Shown here: positions 10,172 through 20,327 of the stretch, piece by piece | How the letters are laid out: each line of letters begins with the position of its first letter | How positions within the stretch are numbered: the stretch's first letter is position 1 | NCBI GenBank assembly: GCA_964654855.1 | Contig: CAZZJS010000004.1 | Span: 133,146-197,145, forward strand | Direction: 5' to 3' | DNA from: an uncultured Rickettsiales bacterium | Lineage (GTDB): Bacteria; Pseudomonadota; Alphaproteobacteria; Rickettsiales; JALZUV01 | Length of the DNA stretch: 64,000 nucleotides | The notes under the pieces: model-generated | Told to the model about the DNA's origin: nothing | The model's input: the letters and a program-made list of their open reading frames with translations, nothing else | Database searches by the model: none | Translations under genes and position numbers: made by a program

Positions 10172-10783
10172 TTAAGAGAGAGAAAAGCCACCTTCTGAAG
10201 CGCCTCTTTGGTTTGTTTTTGTTACAACCAATTCCAAAAGCAACTCACTAGCATTTTGCTTTCCCAATATATCGACTAACTCATTTCTTTCAAAAATTAT
10301 TTCCATGTCTTTGGAAGAAAAACTCACCTCTCTCTTCAATCGTTTTTTTAACCAAAAAGCTGCATTACCACTCGCTCGGACTTTCTTAGACTCATCCAAA
10401 TAAATCTCACCCGTTCTCAAAAATTGTTTGAATGCTTTATTACTCTCCTTTTGCGCAACATGCGCTGGAGGTTTAACAAAATCATTTAATTTTTGTACCA
10501 AATTTTTATTCAATACCCTATCTAAGGTCCCGCCTTTTTCTGCCTCACTTAAAGCAGCCTCTATAGAGGTCACCTCTCTTTCTTTTAAGCTGTCATATAG
10601 AATCCAAAGTGGAATTTTAGGATTCTTTTCATTCTCCAAAAATATTAGAGACCCTTTAAAGTTTGCTTTAGCCCACTCTTTAGCTTCCCCAGAGAAAATT
10701 AAGAATTCTTTATCTTCGCTAAGTGTAATAGCGCCTACCGTAATATGCGCTTTAATGATTGAAGCGAATGTCTGACTATCCAT
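10172..10783 (-). CDS. Hypothetical protein, 203 aa, low-GC ORFan between mutL and secA
   Basis: Long ORF in an AT-rich stretch. Hand counts of two 60-nt samples gave about 28% and 43% GC, against about 57% in a mutL sample. Lys/Glu-rich, no motif I recognise, and no obvious SD. Confidence 0.5.
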   Translation of the reverse strand: MDSQTFASIIKAHITVGAITLSEDKEFLIFSGEAKEWAKANFKGSLIFLENEKNPKIPLWILYDSLKEREVTSIEAALSEAEKGGTLDRVLNKNLVQKLNDFVKPPAHVAQKESNKAFKQFLRTGEIYLDESKKVRASGNAAFWLKKRLKREVSFSSKDMEIIFERNELVDILGKQNASELLLELVVTKTNQRGASEGGFSLS

Positions 10784-10818
10784 GTGAATAGTCTAACATG
10801 GCAGGCATTAACAAAGAG

Positions 10819-12600
10819 TTACCGCCTGCCAAATAAGCGTTCGATATCTTTCAGTTTCAATTCCACATAAGTCGGGCGGCCATGGTTACATTGGCCGGAA
10901 TAGGGCGTGGCTTCCATCTGGCGCAGCAAAGCGTTCATCTCATCAATATTGAGTTTACGCCCTGCCCTAACCGAGCCGTGACAGGCAATGGTACCGCAAA
11001 TATCTTCCATTTTATCACGCAGTTTGAGCGCTTCACCAAACTCTTCTAGCTCATCTACCATATCACGAATAAGCCCTTGCACATCGCCCTCACCCATCAG
11101 CGCTGGTACTTCGCGTACCACCACTGCGCCGGAACCAAAATCATCCATGATTAAACCAAGCTCCGCCAATTCCTCTTTTCGCGCTAATAGATTTGCAGCA
11201 CCATCATCGCTTAACTCCACCACTTCCGGCAAAAGTAAGGGCTGGGTTTTCACACCTTCTTTCGCGATTTGCGCCTTCATACGCTCATAAACCAAACGCT
11301 CATGGGCAGCATGTTGATCCACAATGACGATGCCTTCCGTCGTTTGCGCGACAATATAAGTTTCGTGCAATTGCGCTCTAGCCAAACCAAGTGGCAAATC
11401 GGTAGAGGGTGCCTCTACTGATTCAGGTTGCTGGTCGAGCACCTCTAACGCTTGCATCGCAACGGCAGCAGATGAAGGTCGTCCCCCTCCCCCATGGCTC
11501 GCCGGATTATACGCGTAACCTATTGGCTGATGAAACCCCATCGCCGCTTGCGCCTGTACCGGTTCGGGTTGGGCTTTTCGTAACGCATCATAGGCCACCG
11601 TCGTGCTGGCCTGATGACCAGAGGCAGCCAAAGCCTCCCGAAGTCCACGTAGAATCATTGAACGCACCGATTGCGCATCTCGAAAGCGCACTTCGGCTTT
11701 CGCGGGGTGCACATTCACATCGACCATTTGTGGCGGCACTTCGACAAATAACGCTAAGACCGGATGGCGATCACGTGCCAAGAAATCTTGATAGGCAGCA
11801 CGCACCACACCAAGCAATAGACGGTCACGCACAGGACGACCATTGACGAATAAATATTGCTGCAAACTATTGCCACGATTATAGGTCGGCAAACCCGCAA
11901 AGCCTGAGAGCGACATACCCTCGCGCTCTCCCTCTACGGGCACTGAATTTTGTGCAAATTCTTTACCTAAAATATCACCCAAACGTTCTTGCGTTGATTG
12001 ATTCACTTCTGACTTCCAGCCTCTGCCTTCATGGTTAAAGCTAAACGCAATTTTGGGGTTTGCCATCGCAATACGTTTTAGAATATCATTAATAGCGGAA
12101 GTTTCTGATCGTTCCGTTTTCATAAAATTCAAGCGCGCAGGCGTCGCATAAAATAAATCATGCACTTCAATACGTGTACCATCCGCATGAGCCGCGGGAG
12201 TCGCTTCCGCTACCTCACCCCCCTCCACCGAAATGCTCCACGCATCCTGCGCACCTTTGGCACGGCTGGTAATATTTAATCGACTAATCGAACCGATGGA
12301 TGGTAGCGCCTCTCCCCGAAAACCCAACCATTGCACCATCAGCAAATCATCATCAGGAAGCTTGGAAGTCGCATGACGTTGAATAGCCAACTCCAATTCC
12401 TCGCGACTCATCCCTTTGCCATTATCCGCAATAATAATCTCGCGTTTTCCGCCACCTTTAATGGATACATCAATGCGCGTCGGACCAGCATCAATTGCAT
12501 TCTCCACCAACTCCTTCACCACCGAAGCTGGACGCTCTACCACTTCACCCGCAGCAATGCGGTTAACGGTGTTATTAGGCAATATACGGATCGCACTCAT
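10819..12600 (-). CDS. mutL: DNA mismatch repair protein MutL
   Basis: 593 aa. GHKL ATPase N-terminus ([27 protein letters not shown]) and a C-terminal dimerisation/endonuclease region. Confidence 0.95.
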   Translation of the reverse strand: MSAIRILPNNTVNRIAAGEVVERPASVVKELVENAIDAGPTRIDVSIKGGGKREIIIADNGKGMSREELELAIQRHATSKLPDDDLLMVQWLGFRGEALPSIGSISRLNITSRAKGAQDAWSISVEGGEVAEATPAAHADGTRIEVHDLFYATPARLNFMKTERSETSAINDILKRIAMANPKIAFSFNHEGRGWKSEVNQSTQERLGDILGKEFAQNSVPVEGEREGMSLSGFAGLPTYNRGNSLQQYLFVNGRPVRDRLLLGVVRAAYQDFLARDRHPVLALFVEVPPQMVDVNVHPAKAEVRFRDAQSVRSMILRGLREALAASGHQASTTVAYDALRKAQPEPVQAQAAMGFHQPIGYAYNPASHGGGGRPSSAAVAMQALEVLDQQPESVEAPSTDLPLGLARAQLHETYIVAQTTEGIVIVDQHAAHERLVYERMKAQIAKEGVKTQPLLLPEVVELSDDGAANLLARKEELAELGLIMDDFGSGAVVVREVPALMGEGDVQGLIRDMVDELEEFGEALKLRDKMEDICGTIACHGSVRAGRKLNIDEMNALLRQMEATPYSGQCNHGRPTYVELKLKDIERLFGRR

Positions 12601-12666
12601 ACCCTTTTGTATCCGCTAGACGCATAAAAACCTAGCAACGATTCAGAAAAATATTATCCTCAATTT

Positions 12667-12864
12667 ATGCTCTTTGATGTCGCTATTTGTTTATTCTTTA
12701 CCGCTTTAGGAGTGGCCGTCGGTATGGATAAAGTCCACGATATACGAGATTATATCGGTCCCCTGCTAATTTTTGGCGCATTTATTTATGCCTTCTGGGC
12801 AGGCATGACTCTTTTTGGCTGCTTTATTGTGGCAATATTTTTTCTGAAAGTTTTAATTCGTTAG
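12667..12864 (+). CDS. Hypothetical small membrane protein (65 aa)
   Basis: Two hydrophobic helices and the only ORF in the gap. Weak support. Confidence 0.3.
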   Translation: MLFDVAICLFFTALGVAVGMDKVHDIRDYIGPLLIFGAFIYAFWAGMTLFGCFIVAIFFLKVLIR

Positions 12865-12882
12865 GTCAGTTATTTTATTGAA

Positions 12883-14670
12883 TTAAATCGCCGCTTTCAT
12901 TATCGACTTACTACCATTGGTAATTTTTAACAATAGGCTCAAACAATCCGGTAATTGACGTTGCATAAAGAAACGCGCCGTATCGAGTTTCGCCTCGTAA
13001 AATTCTTTCGATTGAATCCCGTCACCACTCTCAATTTTTTCTAACGCCAATTTCGCCTGACGTGCCCAGACATAGCCCATCACACAAAGGGCAAACATGC
13101 GCAAATATTCCGTTGCACCGGCTGCCGGGTCGTTCGGATTTCCCATACCCGTTTTTGCCAACCAAAGCGTCGCATTTTGTAAATGTTTCACATTTTGATA
13201 AAGTGGTTTTGTAAATTCTGCCATTGCCTCATTTTCACGATTCTCATCAATAAATTCCATCACCGGATGGAAGAAAACACGTGCATATTTTCCGAATTTA
13301 TACGGCAATTTACGGCCAATTAAATCAAGCCCTTGAATCCCATTCGTGCCTTCATAAATCATGGCGATACGTGCATCACGCGTATATTGCTCTACGCCAT
13401 ATTCCTTAATGTAACCAAACCCACCATGCACTTGCATTGCCTCCGATGAAATTGCAAAACCCATATCCGTATAATAAGCTTTGATAATCGGCGTCATAAG
13501 TTGCATCCAGTGATCTGCTTGCTCTTTTGCCTCTTCATCATCAGAACGCTTCAAAATATCGAGCTTCAATGCCGTTTCCAAAGCTAGCGCACGAGCACCT
13601 TCAGTAAAACTCTTCATTGTCAGCAGCATGCGGCGCACATCTGGATGCACAATGATCGGATCCGCTGCCTTATCGGGAGCCGCCGGCCCACCTTTTAGCG
13701 CCCTACCTTGAATACGTTCTTCTGCATAAGCTTTCGCATTTTGCCAAGATACTTCAGCTAGGCCAAGCCCTTGAATACCAACAAGTAATCTGGCCTCATT
13801 CATCATCGTGAACATTGCCTTTAGGCCCTTATTCGGCGCACCTACCATATACCCTTTAGCGTTATCGTAATTCATCACACAAGTGGGTGACGCATGAATA
13901 CCCATTTTATGTTCAATTGATTCACAACGCACTCCGTTACGATCCTCCAGTGAACCATCCTCATTCACCAACACTTTCGGCACGAGGAATAAACTAATTC
14001 CCTTCACTCCTTCAGGTGCGTCTGGCAATTTCGCGAGCACTAAATGGATAATATTTTCTGTCTTATCTTGCTCGCCTGAAGAAATAAAAATCTTTCCGCC
14101 GTTAATATTAAATGAGCCATCATCATTTGGTTCCGCTTTGGTACGAATCAATCCTAAATCTGTTCCACAATGCGGTTCTGTCAGACACATCACCCCCGAC
14201 CATTCACCCGAAACCATCTTTGGCAAATAGGTTTGTTTTAATTCATCACTCGCAAAATGGTGGATGGCACTATAAGCACCGTGGCTCAGACCCGGCGTCA
14301 TGCCAAAAGCCAAATTCGTTGAGCATGTCATCTCAATCATCGGCATATTTAAGACTTCCGGAAGCCCCTGCCCGCCATATTCGGGATCACAGGTAAAACT
14401 CATCCAGCCCGCTTCACAATATTGTTTATAGGCTTCTTTAAATCCGGACGGTGTAATCACCTTACCATCATCATATTTTAGGCCTTCTTCATCGCCAGAT
14501 TGATTAAGCGGGAAAATCACATTTTCACAAAATTTCGCTGCCTCATCAAGTAGTGGAGTAATCAATTCTCCAGCATCTGAGAAACCATCAAGGTTCTGAT
14601 AATCTTCGATTTTTACATATTCACGAATTAGATATTCAAAATCTTTTAGAGGGGCGTTATAGCTAGGCAT
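12883..14670 (-). CDS. Long-form acyl-CoA dehydrogenase (DmdC/AcdA-like, with C-terminal extension)
   Basis: 595 aa. ACAD N, middle and C domains (MCLTEPHCGTDLG..., IYEGTNGIQGLDL) plus a roughly 150-aa C-terminal domain. Confidence 0.85.
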   Translation of the reverse strand: MPSYNAPLKDFEYLIREYVKIEDYQNLDGFSDAGELITPLLDEAAKFCENVIFPLNQSGDEEGLKYDDGKVITPSGFKEAYKQYCEAGWMSFTCDPEYGGQGLPEVLNMPMIEMTCSTNLAFGMTPGLSHGAYSAIHHFASDELKQTYLPKMVSGEWSGVMCLTEPHCGTDLGLIRTKAEPNDDGSFNINGGKIFISSGEQDKTENIIHLVLAKLPDAPEGVKGISLFLVPKVLVNEDGSLEDRNGVRCESIEHKMGIHASPTCVMNYDNAKGYMVGAPNKGLKAMFTMMNEARLLVGIQGLGLAEVSWQNAKAYAEERIQGRALKGGPAAPDKAADPIIVHPDVRRMLLTMKSFTEGARALALETALKLDILKRSDDEEAKEQADHWMQLMTPIIKAYYTDMGFAISSEAMQVHGGFGYIKEYGVEQYTRDARIAMIYEGTNGIQGLDLIGRKLPYKFGKYARVFFHPVMEFIDENRENEAMAEFTKPLYQNVKHLQNATLWLAKTGMGNPNDPAAGATEYLRMFALCVMGYVWARQAKLALEKIESGDGIQSKEFYEAKLDTARFFMQRQLPDCLSLLLKITNGSKSIMKAAI

Positions 14671-14758
14671 AGACGTATTCTTTCACCAACGAGTTGATTT
14701 ATTTCACCCCCACCCTAGTCGATAATTCTCAAGAATGTATTAAAATTTCAGAAATAAT

Positions 14759-15670
14759 TTAGGCTGCCGCACCCAAGCGACGCAAAATCATATCTAACTC
14801 TTCTAGCGACTCATAACGGGTAACAATCTCGCCCTGCTGACTACCAAAGTCATTGATCTCCACTTTCAACCCTAAATTTTCTGCCAAAGTGGCTTCCAGA
14901 GCCAAAATATCTTCACTCTTCTCAACTGCTTGGCGCGTTGGAGCAGCTAGTGTTGAACCTGGCAATGACTTTACTTTTTGTTTCGCTGCGTCAGGAGATT
15001 GTCCTTTAGCAAGCTTTTCTGTTTGGCGAACATTTAAATTTTTAACGACTACTTGCTTTGCCAACTCAACGGCATTTTCGGCTTTCATTAGTGCACGAGC
15101 ATGGCCGATACTCAAATTACCAGCCTCAAGCATCACTTTAATCTCTTCTGGTAAGCTTAGGAGACGCAAGAGATTTGCGATGTGGCTTCGGCTCTTACCA
15201 ACCGCACCAGCTAATTGCTCTTGAGTATAACTAAACTCTTCGATCAATTGCTGATAACCTGCCGCCTCTTCCAAACCAGAAAGATCTTCACGTTGGACGT
15301 TTTCCACCAAGGCAAGCTCTAACGCTTGCTGATCGGTCATTTCACGGATAATCGCTGGAACCGAGTCTAACCCAATGCGCTTAGAAGCTCTCCAACGGCG
15401 TTCACCTGCGATAATTTCATATTTTACCTCGCCTTCCGCTTTTACTGGACGAACTACAATCGGTTGCATCACACCATTTTGCGCGATTGAAGCAGCTAGC
15501 TCGCCTAGCTCACCTTCTTCAAAACTTTTTCGTGGCTGATATTTACCTGAACGAATTTTATTTACGTCCAAATCATTTAACTTATTCAATCCCTTAGCCC
15601 CCTCCGGAGCATCGCTATATTCTTCATCCATCAAGGCTGAAAGGCCTTTTCCTAATTTTGCCTGAGACAT
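14759..15670 (-). CDS. parB: Chromosome partitioning protein ParB
   Basis: 303 aa. ParB box (IIAGERRWRASK) and HTH (SYTQEQLAGAVGKSRSHIANLLRLL). Confidence 0.95.
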   Translation of the reverse strand: MSQAKLGKGLSALMDEEYSDAPEGAKGLNKLNDLDVNKIRSGKYQPRKSFEEGELGELAASIAQNGVMQPIVVRPVKAEGEVKYEIIAGERRWRASKRIGLDSVPAIIREMTDQQALELALVENVQREDLSGLEEAAGYQQLIEEFSYTQEQLAGAVGKSRSHIANLLRLLSLPEEIKVMLEAGNLSIGHARALMKAENAVELAKQVVVKNLNVRQTEKLAKGQSPDAAKQKVKSLPGSTLAAPTRQAVEKSEDILALEATLAENLGLKVEINDFGSQQGEIVTRYESLEELDMILRRLGAAA

Positions 15671-15671
15671 A

Positions 15672-16472
15672 TTACGCCGCCATTTTTGCTGTTTGTTTCT
15701 TAGATTTATTTCGTTTAATCATCTCTTTTGCCAAAGAAATATAAGCCTGCGAACCCGCGCAATGCATATCATAAACGATCGTCGGTTTGCCGTGAGACGG
15801 TGCCTCTGAAACACGAACGTTTCGTGGAATCACCGTTTCATAAACTTGTGATCCTAAATAGCCACGAACATCTTGTTCAATATTCTCAGTTAACTTATTA
15901 CGACGGTCATACATGGTAAGAACTACTCCCTCGACCTTTAAATTATCATTATAGCGGGCTTGAACAAGCTTGATAGTTTTCAAAAGATGGCTCAAACCCT
16001 CAAGAGCATAAAACTCACATTGCAGTGGAATTAACACTTTATTTGCTGCCGCTAATGCATTGAGAGTTAACAAACTTAAGGATGGGGGACAGTCGATAAG
16101 GATTGTATGATACTCACCCTGTTTTACTAGTTTGGCCAGAGCCATGCGCAAACGATATTCACGTTTTCGCATAGGGGCCAATTCCAAATCAGCACCTGAA
16201 AGATCAATGGTAGCCGGAATCACGTCTAGCTTTGGAATAGATGTTTCTAAAATCGCTTTTCGTGGATCTTGTCCATGAACCAATAAATCATAACTGGTTA
16301 CTTTACGATCTTTACGCTCCACCCCAAGACCAGTGCTTGCATTTCCCTGAGGATCAAGATCAATCACACAGACTCTCTTACCTATCGCGGCCAAACCTGT
16401 TGCAAGATTGATTGCTGTCGTTGTTTTACCTACGCCACCTTTTTGATTTACAATACCTAATATTTCGGTCAT
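15672..16472 (-). CDS. parA: Chromosome partitioning ATPase ParA (Soj)
   Basis: 266 aa. Deviant Walker A NQKGGVGKTTT. Confidence 0.95.
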   Translation of the reverse strand: MTEILGIVNQKGGVGKTTTAINLATGLAAIGKRVCVIDLDPQGNASTGLGVERKDRKVTSYDLLVHGQDPRKAILETSIPKLDVIPATIDLSGADLELAPMRKREYRLRMALAKLVKQGEYHTILIDCPPSLSLLTLNALAAANKVLIPLQCEFYALEGLSHLLKTIKLVQARYNDNLKVEGVVLTMYDRRNKLTENIEQDVRGYLGSQVYETVIPRNVRVSEAPSHGKPTIVYDMHCAGSQAYISLAKEMIKRNKSKKQTAKMAA

Positions 16473-16479
16473 TGATTCT

Positions 16480-17079
16480 CTACTTTTTTCTTATTTTTCT
16501 TATTCTTAGCAACGCACCATCTCCTGAAAGACTAGGAATAACTTCTTTCTCATATTCCCAATATCGCAAAGCTTCTTCACATTCTTTAGCGTAATTTCGT
16601 CCTTTGGGAAAGAGGCAAGTTGACTCTTCTGATAAAAAAGGTTGAACATATTCGAACAAATCATTCAGCGATGCCAATGCCCTAGCCGTGACAATATCAC
16701 CCCTTAGTTCACATTTCTCGATTCGTTGATTCTCAACTTTTGCATGAGGAAGTTTCAGTTCTTGAATACAATGCTTTAGAAAGAGGGATTTTCGTCTATC
16801 GGACTCAACAAGCGTTATCGGACTTTGCTTCATAATTGCCAAAACAATTCCGGGAAGCCCTCCCCCGCTCCCTAAGTCTAAAATCCTCTTACTCGAATCT
16901 TCGCCGATATATTCAACTATCTGGGCACTATCAATGATGTGTCTTTGCCACAAATCCTCTTTGCCAGAAACAAGGTTGATGGCGGATCCCCACTCTTCTA
17001 ATAATTCAACGTAACGCAAAAGCCTCAAATGTGTTTCACGTGAAACACTTATAAATTGTGTGAATTTCTCATATTCCAT
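16480..17079 (-). CDS. rsmG: 16S rRNA m7G527 methyltransferase RsmG (GidB)
   Basis: 199 aa. VSRETHLRL N-terminus and SAM motif LDLGSGGGLPG. The stop overlaps the mnmG/rsmG junction. Confidence 0.9.
   Translation of the reverse strand: MEYEKFTQFISVSRETHLRLLRYVELLEEWGSAINLVSGKEDLWQRHIIDSAQIVEYIGEDSSKRILDLGSGGGLPGIVLAIMKQSPITLVESDRRKSLFLKHCIQELKLPHAKVENQRIEKCELRGDIVTARALASLNDLFEYVQPFLSEESTCLFPKGRNYAKECEEALRYWEYEKEVIPSLSGDGALLRIRKIRKK
17032..17047. promoter_or_regulatory. parS site, perfect palindrome TGTTTCACGTGAAACA
   Basis: Exact match to the canonical 16-bp ParB-binding consensus. Lies inside rsmG, where it encodes V-S-R-E-T. Confidence 0.8.
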
Positions 17080-18932
17080 TAGACGGCCTTACGTTTTCTA
17101 AGGCCAACCAAGATGGCTGCAATCGCTGACGGGGTAATTCCTTCTATACGCTTCACCTGAGCCATTGTCTCCGGACGAGTCAAAGAAAGCTTTTCTGAAA
17201 GTTCAGCCGAGAGACCGTTGATGGACCAGTAATCAAAATCATCTGGGAGGCGCAACTTCTCAACCCCTTCAAAAGCTGAGATTTCATGATGGTGCCTCTC
17301 TTCAAAAGCAGCATATAGGGAATCATTCTCAAGTGCCTCTCGAACCTCTGCTGAGATGCCTTCAAACACAGGACTTATTTCCCTTGCCTTTTCCCAATCC
17401 ATCAAACGATGCGCGACTAATTCAGAAATAACCCGGCGGCGACCATCTTGCTTCACCTCTATCCCATATTTCGTTAACTCAGTTGGCGCCACCTTCTCTT
17501 TCTCCATGATGGACTTCCAATGTCGTATCTCATCAGCCTTACTCGAGAAAACACTCCATCGACTTTCATCAACCAGACCTATTTCATAGCCTCTCTTCGT
17601 CAAACGACGATCCGCATTATCTTGACGAAGAATCAGCCGGTGTTCAGCCCGCGATGTAAACATACGATAAGGCTCACTCGCCCCTTGAGTAATTAAGTCA
17701 TCAATCATCACCCCAATATAAGATTCCTTACGTGACAGAGTAAATGATTGACCATTCAAGCTTAAAGCTGCATTTGCTCCTGCGATAAGACCCTGTCCAC
17801 CAGCTTCTTCATATCCAGTGGTCCCGTTAATTTGTCCCGCTAAATATAAACCCGGCAATCGCTTCAACTCTAGAGTAGAGCGCAACTCTCTCGGATCAAC
17901 ATAATCATATTCAACGGCATAGCCATATTGAATAATTTTTGCCTTCTCTAAAGCTGGTATAGATTGGATAAAAGCTTCTTGTGTTTCACGTGGCAATGAC
18001 GTCGAGAGGCCATTTGGATAAACTAAATCAGAGTCTAGCCCTTCAGGCTCTAAAAATATTTGATGCGTTTCTTTATCTGCAAATCGCGATATCTTATCTT
18101 CAATAGACGGACAATAGCGAGGACCGCTTCCAGAAATCTTACCTCCATACATAGCCGAGAGATGAATATTATCTTCAATGATCTTTTTTGTTTCTAAAGA
18201 GGTGCGTGTAATATGACATGAGATTTGAGGCACCTTAACTTCTTTCGTTAGAAAGGAGAATGGAGCTATCATTTCATCTCCTGGCTGAACCTCACAACAC
18301 TCATAATCAATTGTATTTCGATCTAAGCGGGGAGGAGTTCCCGTTTTCAAACGCCCCATTTTCAAGTCTAAATCATATAACCGCTTCGCTAACGAAATAG
18401 ACGGACGCTCTCCAATTCGACCAGCACCCTCAGACTCATGACCAAAATGAATCACACCATTCAAGAAGGTGCCCATCGTCAAAACCACCCTGGGAGCCTT
18501 TATTTCTTCTCCGCTCGATAATTCAACTCCACAAACGCCCCCTTCGTGAATAAGTAAATCAACAACTTCGCCTTCATGAATAGATAAATTAGGTTGATTA
18601 AAGAGAATATCTTGAACCGCTTCTCGATATAATTCACGATCAGCTTGAGCACGGGGGCCCCAAACAGCGGGGCCCTTACTCGCATTTAGCATTTTATAAT
18701 GAATACCAGCTCGGTCAATCGCTCGCCCCATCACCCCATCAAGCGCATCGATTTCTTTAACTAGAGTACCCTTACCAACCCCACCAATAGCCGGATTACA
18801 AGACATAACTCCGACCGTATTAGCCTTGTGAGTGACCAAAACTGTACGTGTGCCGACCCTGGCTGAGGCGTTCGCAGCCTCGGTCCCAGCGTGACCGCCA
18901 CCTATTACAATAACATCAAATTCTTTAATCAT
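17079..18932 (-). CDS. mnmG: tRNA uridine 5-carboxymethylaminomethyl modification enzyme MnmG (GidA)
   Basis: 617 aa. FAD motif [15 protein letters not shown] and full-length GidA similarity. Confidence 0.97.
   Translation of the reverse strand: MIKEFDVIVIGGGHAGTEAANASARVGTRTVLVTHKANTVGVMSCNPAIGGVGKGTLVKEIDALDGVMGRAIDRAGIHYKMLNASKGPAVWGPRAQADRELYREAVQDILFNQPNLSIHEGEVVDLLIHEGGVCGVELSSGEEIKAPRVVLTMGTFLNGVIHFGHESEGAGRIGERPSISLAKRLYDLDLKMGRLKTGTPPRLDRNTIDYECCEVQPGDEMIAPFSFLTKEVKVPQISCHITRTSLETKKIIEDNIHLSAMYGGKISGSGPRYCPSIEDKISRFADKETHQIFLEPEGLDSDLVYPNGLSTSLPRETQEAFIQSIPALEKAKIIQYGYAVEYDYVDPRELRSTLELKRLPGLYLAGQINGTTGYEEAGGQGLIAGANAALSLNGQSFTLSRKESYIGVMIDDLITQGASEPYRMFTSRAEHRLILRQDNADRRLTKRGYEIGLVDESRWSVFSSKADEIRHWKSIMEKEKVAPTELTKYGIEVKQDGRRRVISELVAHRLMDWEKAREISPVFEGISAEVREALENDSLYAAFEERHHHEISAFEGVEKLRLPDDFDYWSINGLSAELSEKLSLTRPETMAQVKRIEGITPSAIAAILVGLRKRKAV
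17982..17997. promoter_or_regulatory. parS half-site TGTTTCACGTGGCAAT
   Basis: The first 11 nt are identical to the other two sites and the second half is degenerate (4 mismatches to consensus). Lies inside mnmG (encodes PRET). Confidence 0.35.
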
Positions 18933-18947
18933 GTTTCACGTGGAACA
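18932..18947. promoter_or_regulatory. parS site, one mismatch (TGTTTCACGTGGAACA)
   Basis: 15/16 match to consensus. It overlaps the mnmG start codon by 1 nt (the complement of CAT at 18930-18932). Confidence 0.7.
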
Positions 18948-19022
18948 ATCTTGCTTCGTTTCAGGACGAGGCTTATATCACGCTTTAATAAGAAAATACA
19001 GGGCATACTCTCTGAAATGGGG

Positions 19023-20327
19023 CTATTTACCAATACAAAATGAGCTGAAAATAATATCCAGCAAATCTTCTACATCGTGGGAACCTATAATATCCCCCAA
19101 GACGGTCGCAGCGACTCTTAAATGTTCAGCTCTAATTTCCAGAATCGGAGATTCATCAAATCGCTCCAAAGCGTTAAGAGACTCTTGAAGCAAATGACGG
19201 TGTCGCTGATGAAGGGCAAAACAATCAGAAGCTGGTAATTTATCTTCTAAATCATCGCTGATAGCTTTCAATAATTTATCCAAACCCTCAAAGGACTTTG
19301 TACTGATTTGGTGGTGTGACTCAAAGACAGGGGAGGGATGAATATCTATTTTCGTTGCTACTCGATAGATCGGCACCTCAGAAGTGATCTCATCTTCGAC
19401 GTCCTTGTCTTCAGCCTCTCGCAAATAGAGGATAATGTCAGCTTCTTTGGCTCTCAGCTTTGCTCTATGAACCCCTTGCTGTTCAATTTCATCTTCCGAA
19501 TCTCTCAAGCCTGCCGTATCAATTAATGTCATCGGCAATCCATTTATATCGCAAGCAACCTCAATCATATCGCGTGTTGTTCCTGGTATATCGGTGACGA
19601 TAGCCGCTTCACGCTTTACAATTGCATTAAGTAAGCTGGACTTACCGCTATTGGGTTTACCCATTAAAAGGATAACAAAACCATCTCTCAAACGTTCAGC
19701 TGATTTTCCCGAAGATAGCTGATAGCTGATATCTTTCTTTAAAGCGCCAATCGATTCATCAATCTGTTTTGTCACCTTTTCCGGAACCTCTTCTTCTGGA
19801 AAATCAATATAGGCTTCCAACAAAGCCATCGGTTGCAAAATACGATTTCGTAATGATTCAAAGAAATCAGAGGCATGGCCCTGTGTGAGTCGAGAGGCCT
19901 GGATTCGCTGACGCTCCGTTTCAGCGTTAATCATATCAACCAATCCTTCAGCTTCGGCTAAATCCATCTTTTGATTTAGGAAAGCACGTTGTGAAAATTC
20001 ACCCGGCTGGGCCAAACGAAAGGAGGGCAGAGCAGAAAGTTCTTTCATCATGCGATTCATGATTGCAGCACCTCCATGCATCTGGAATTCCAGAATATCT
20101 TCTCCTGTGAAGCTGCAGGGTGCCTTAAAATAGAGTATTAAACCTGAATCAATAAATTCATCATTTACTTTAAATATATGTAAAATCGCGTGACGAGGGG
20201 TAGGGGAATCGCTCCTTCCAAAATGCTGACACGCTTCTAGAGCGTCCTCACCTGAAATCCGAATAACCGAAACTCCAGCCCGTCCAGAAGCTGTTGCCCT
20301 AGCGAAAATCGTATCTTGTTGACTCAT
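19023..20327 (-). CDS. mnmE: tRNA modification GTPase MnmE (TrmE)
   Basis: 434 aa. G-domain GKPNSGKSSLLN...DTAGLR and C-terminal CIGK. Confidence 0.95.
   Translation of the reverse strand: MSQQDTIFARATASGRAGVSVIRISGEDALEACQHFGRSDSPTPRHAILHIFKVNDEFIDSGLILYFKAPCSFTGEDILEFQMHGGAAIMNRMMKELSALPSFRLAQPGEFSQRAFLNQKMDLAEAEGLVDMINAETERQRIQASRLTQGHASDFFESLRNRILQPMALLEAYIDFPEEEVPEKVTKQIDESIGALKKDISYQLSSGKSAERLRDGFVILLMGKPNSGKSSLLNAIVKREAAIVTDIPGTTRDMIEVACDINGLPMTLIDTAGLRDSEDEIEQQGVHRAKLRAKEADIILYLREAEDKDVEDEITSEVPIYRVATKIDIHPSPVFESHHQISTKSFEGLDKLLKAISDDLEDKLPASDCFALHQRHRHLLQESLNALERFDESPILEIRAEHLRVAATVLGDIIGSHDVEDLLDIIFSSFCIGK

Noticed and set aside
18931-19188. An 85-aa + strand ORF starting MFHVEQ.
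   Set aside because: Its start is created by the parS sequence (ATGTTTCACGTGGAAC), and it overlaps the mnmE 3' end antisense. It is a shadow ORF.
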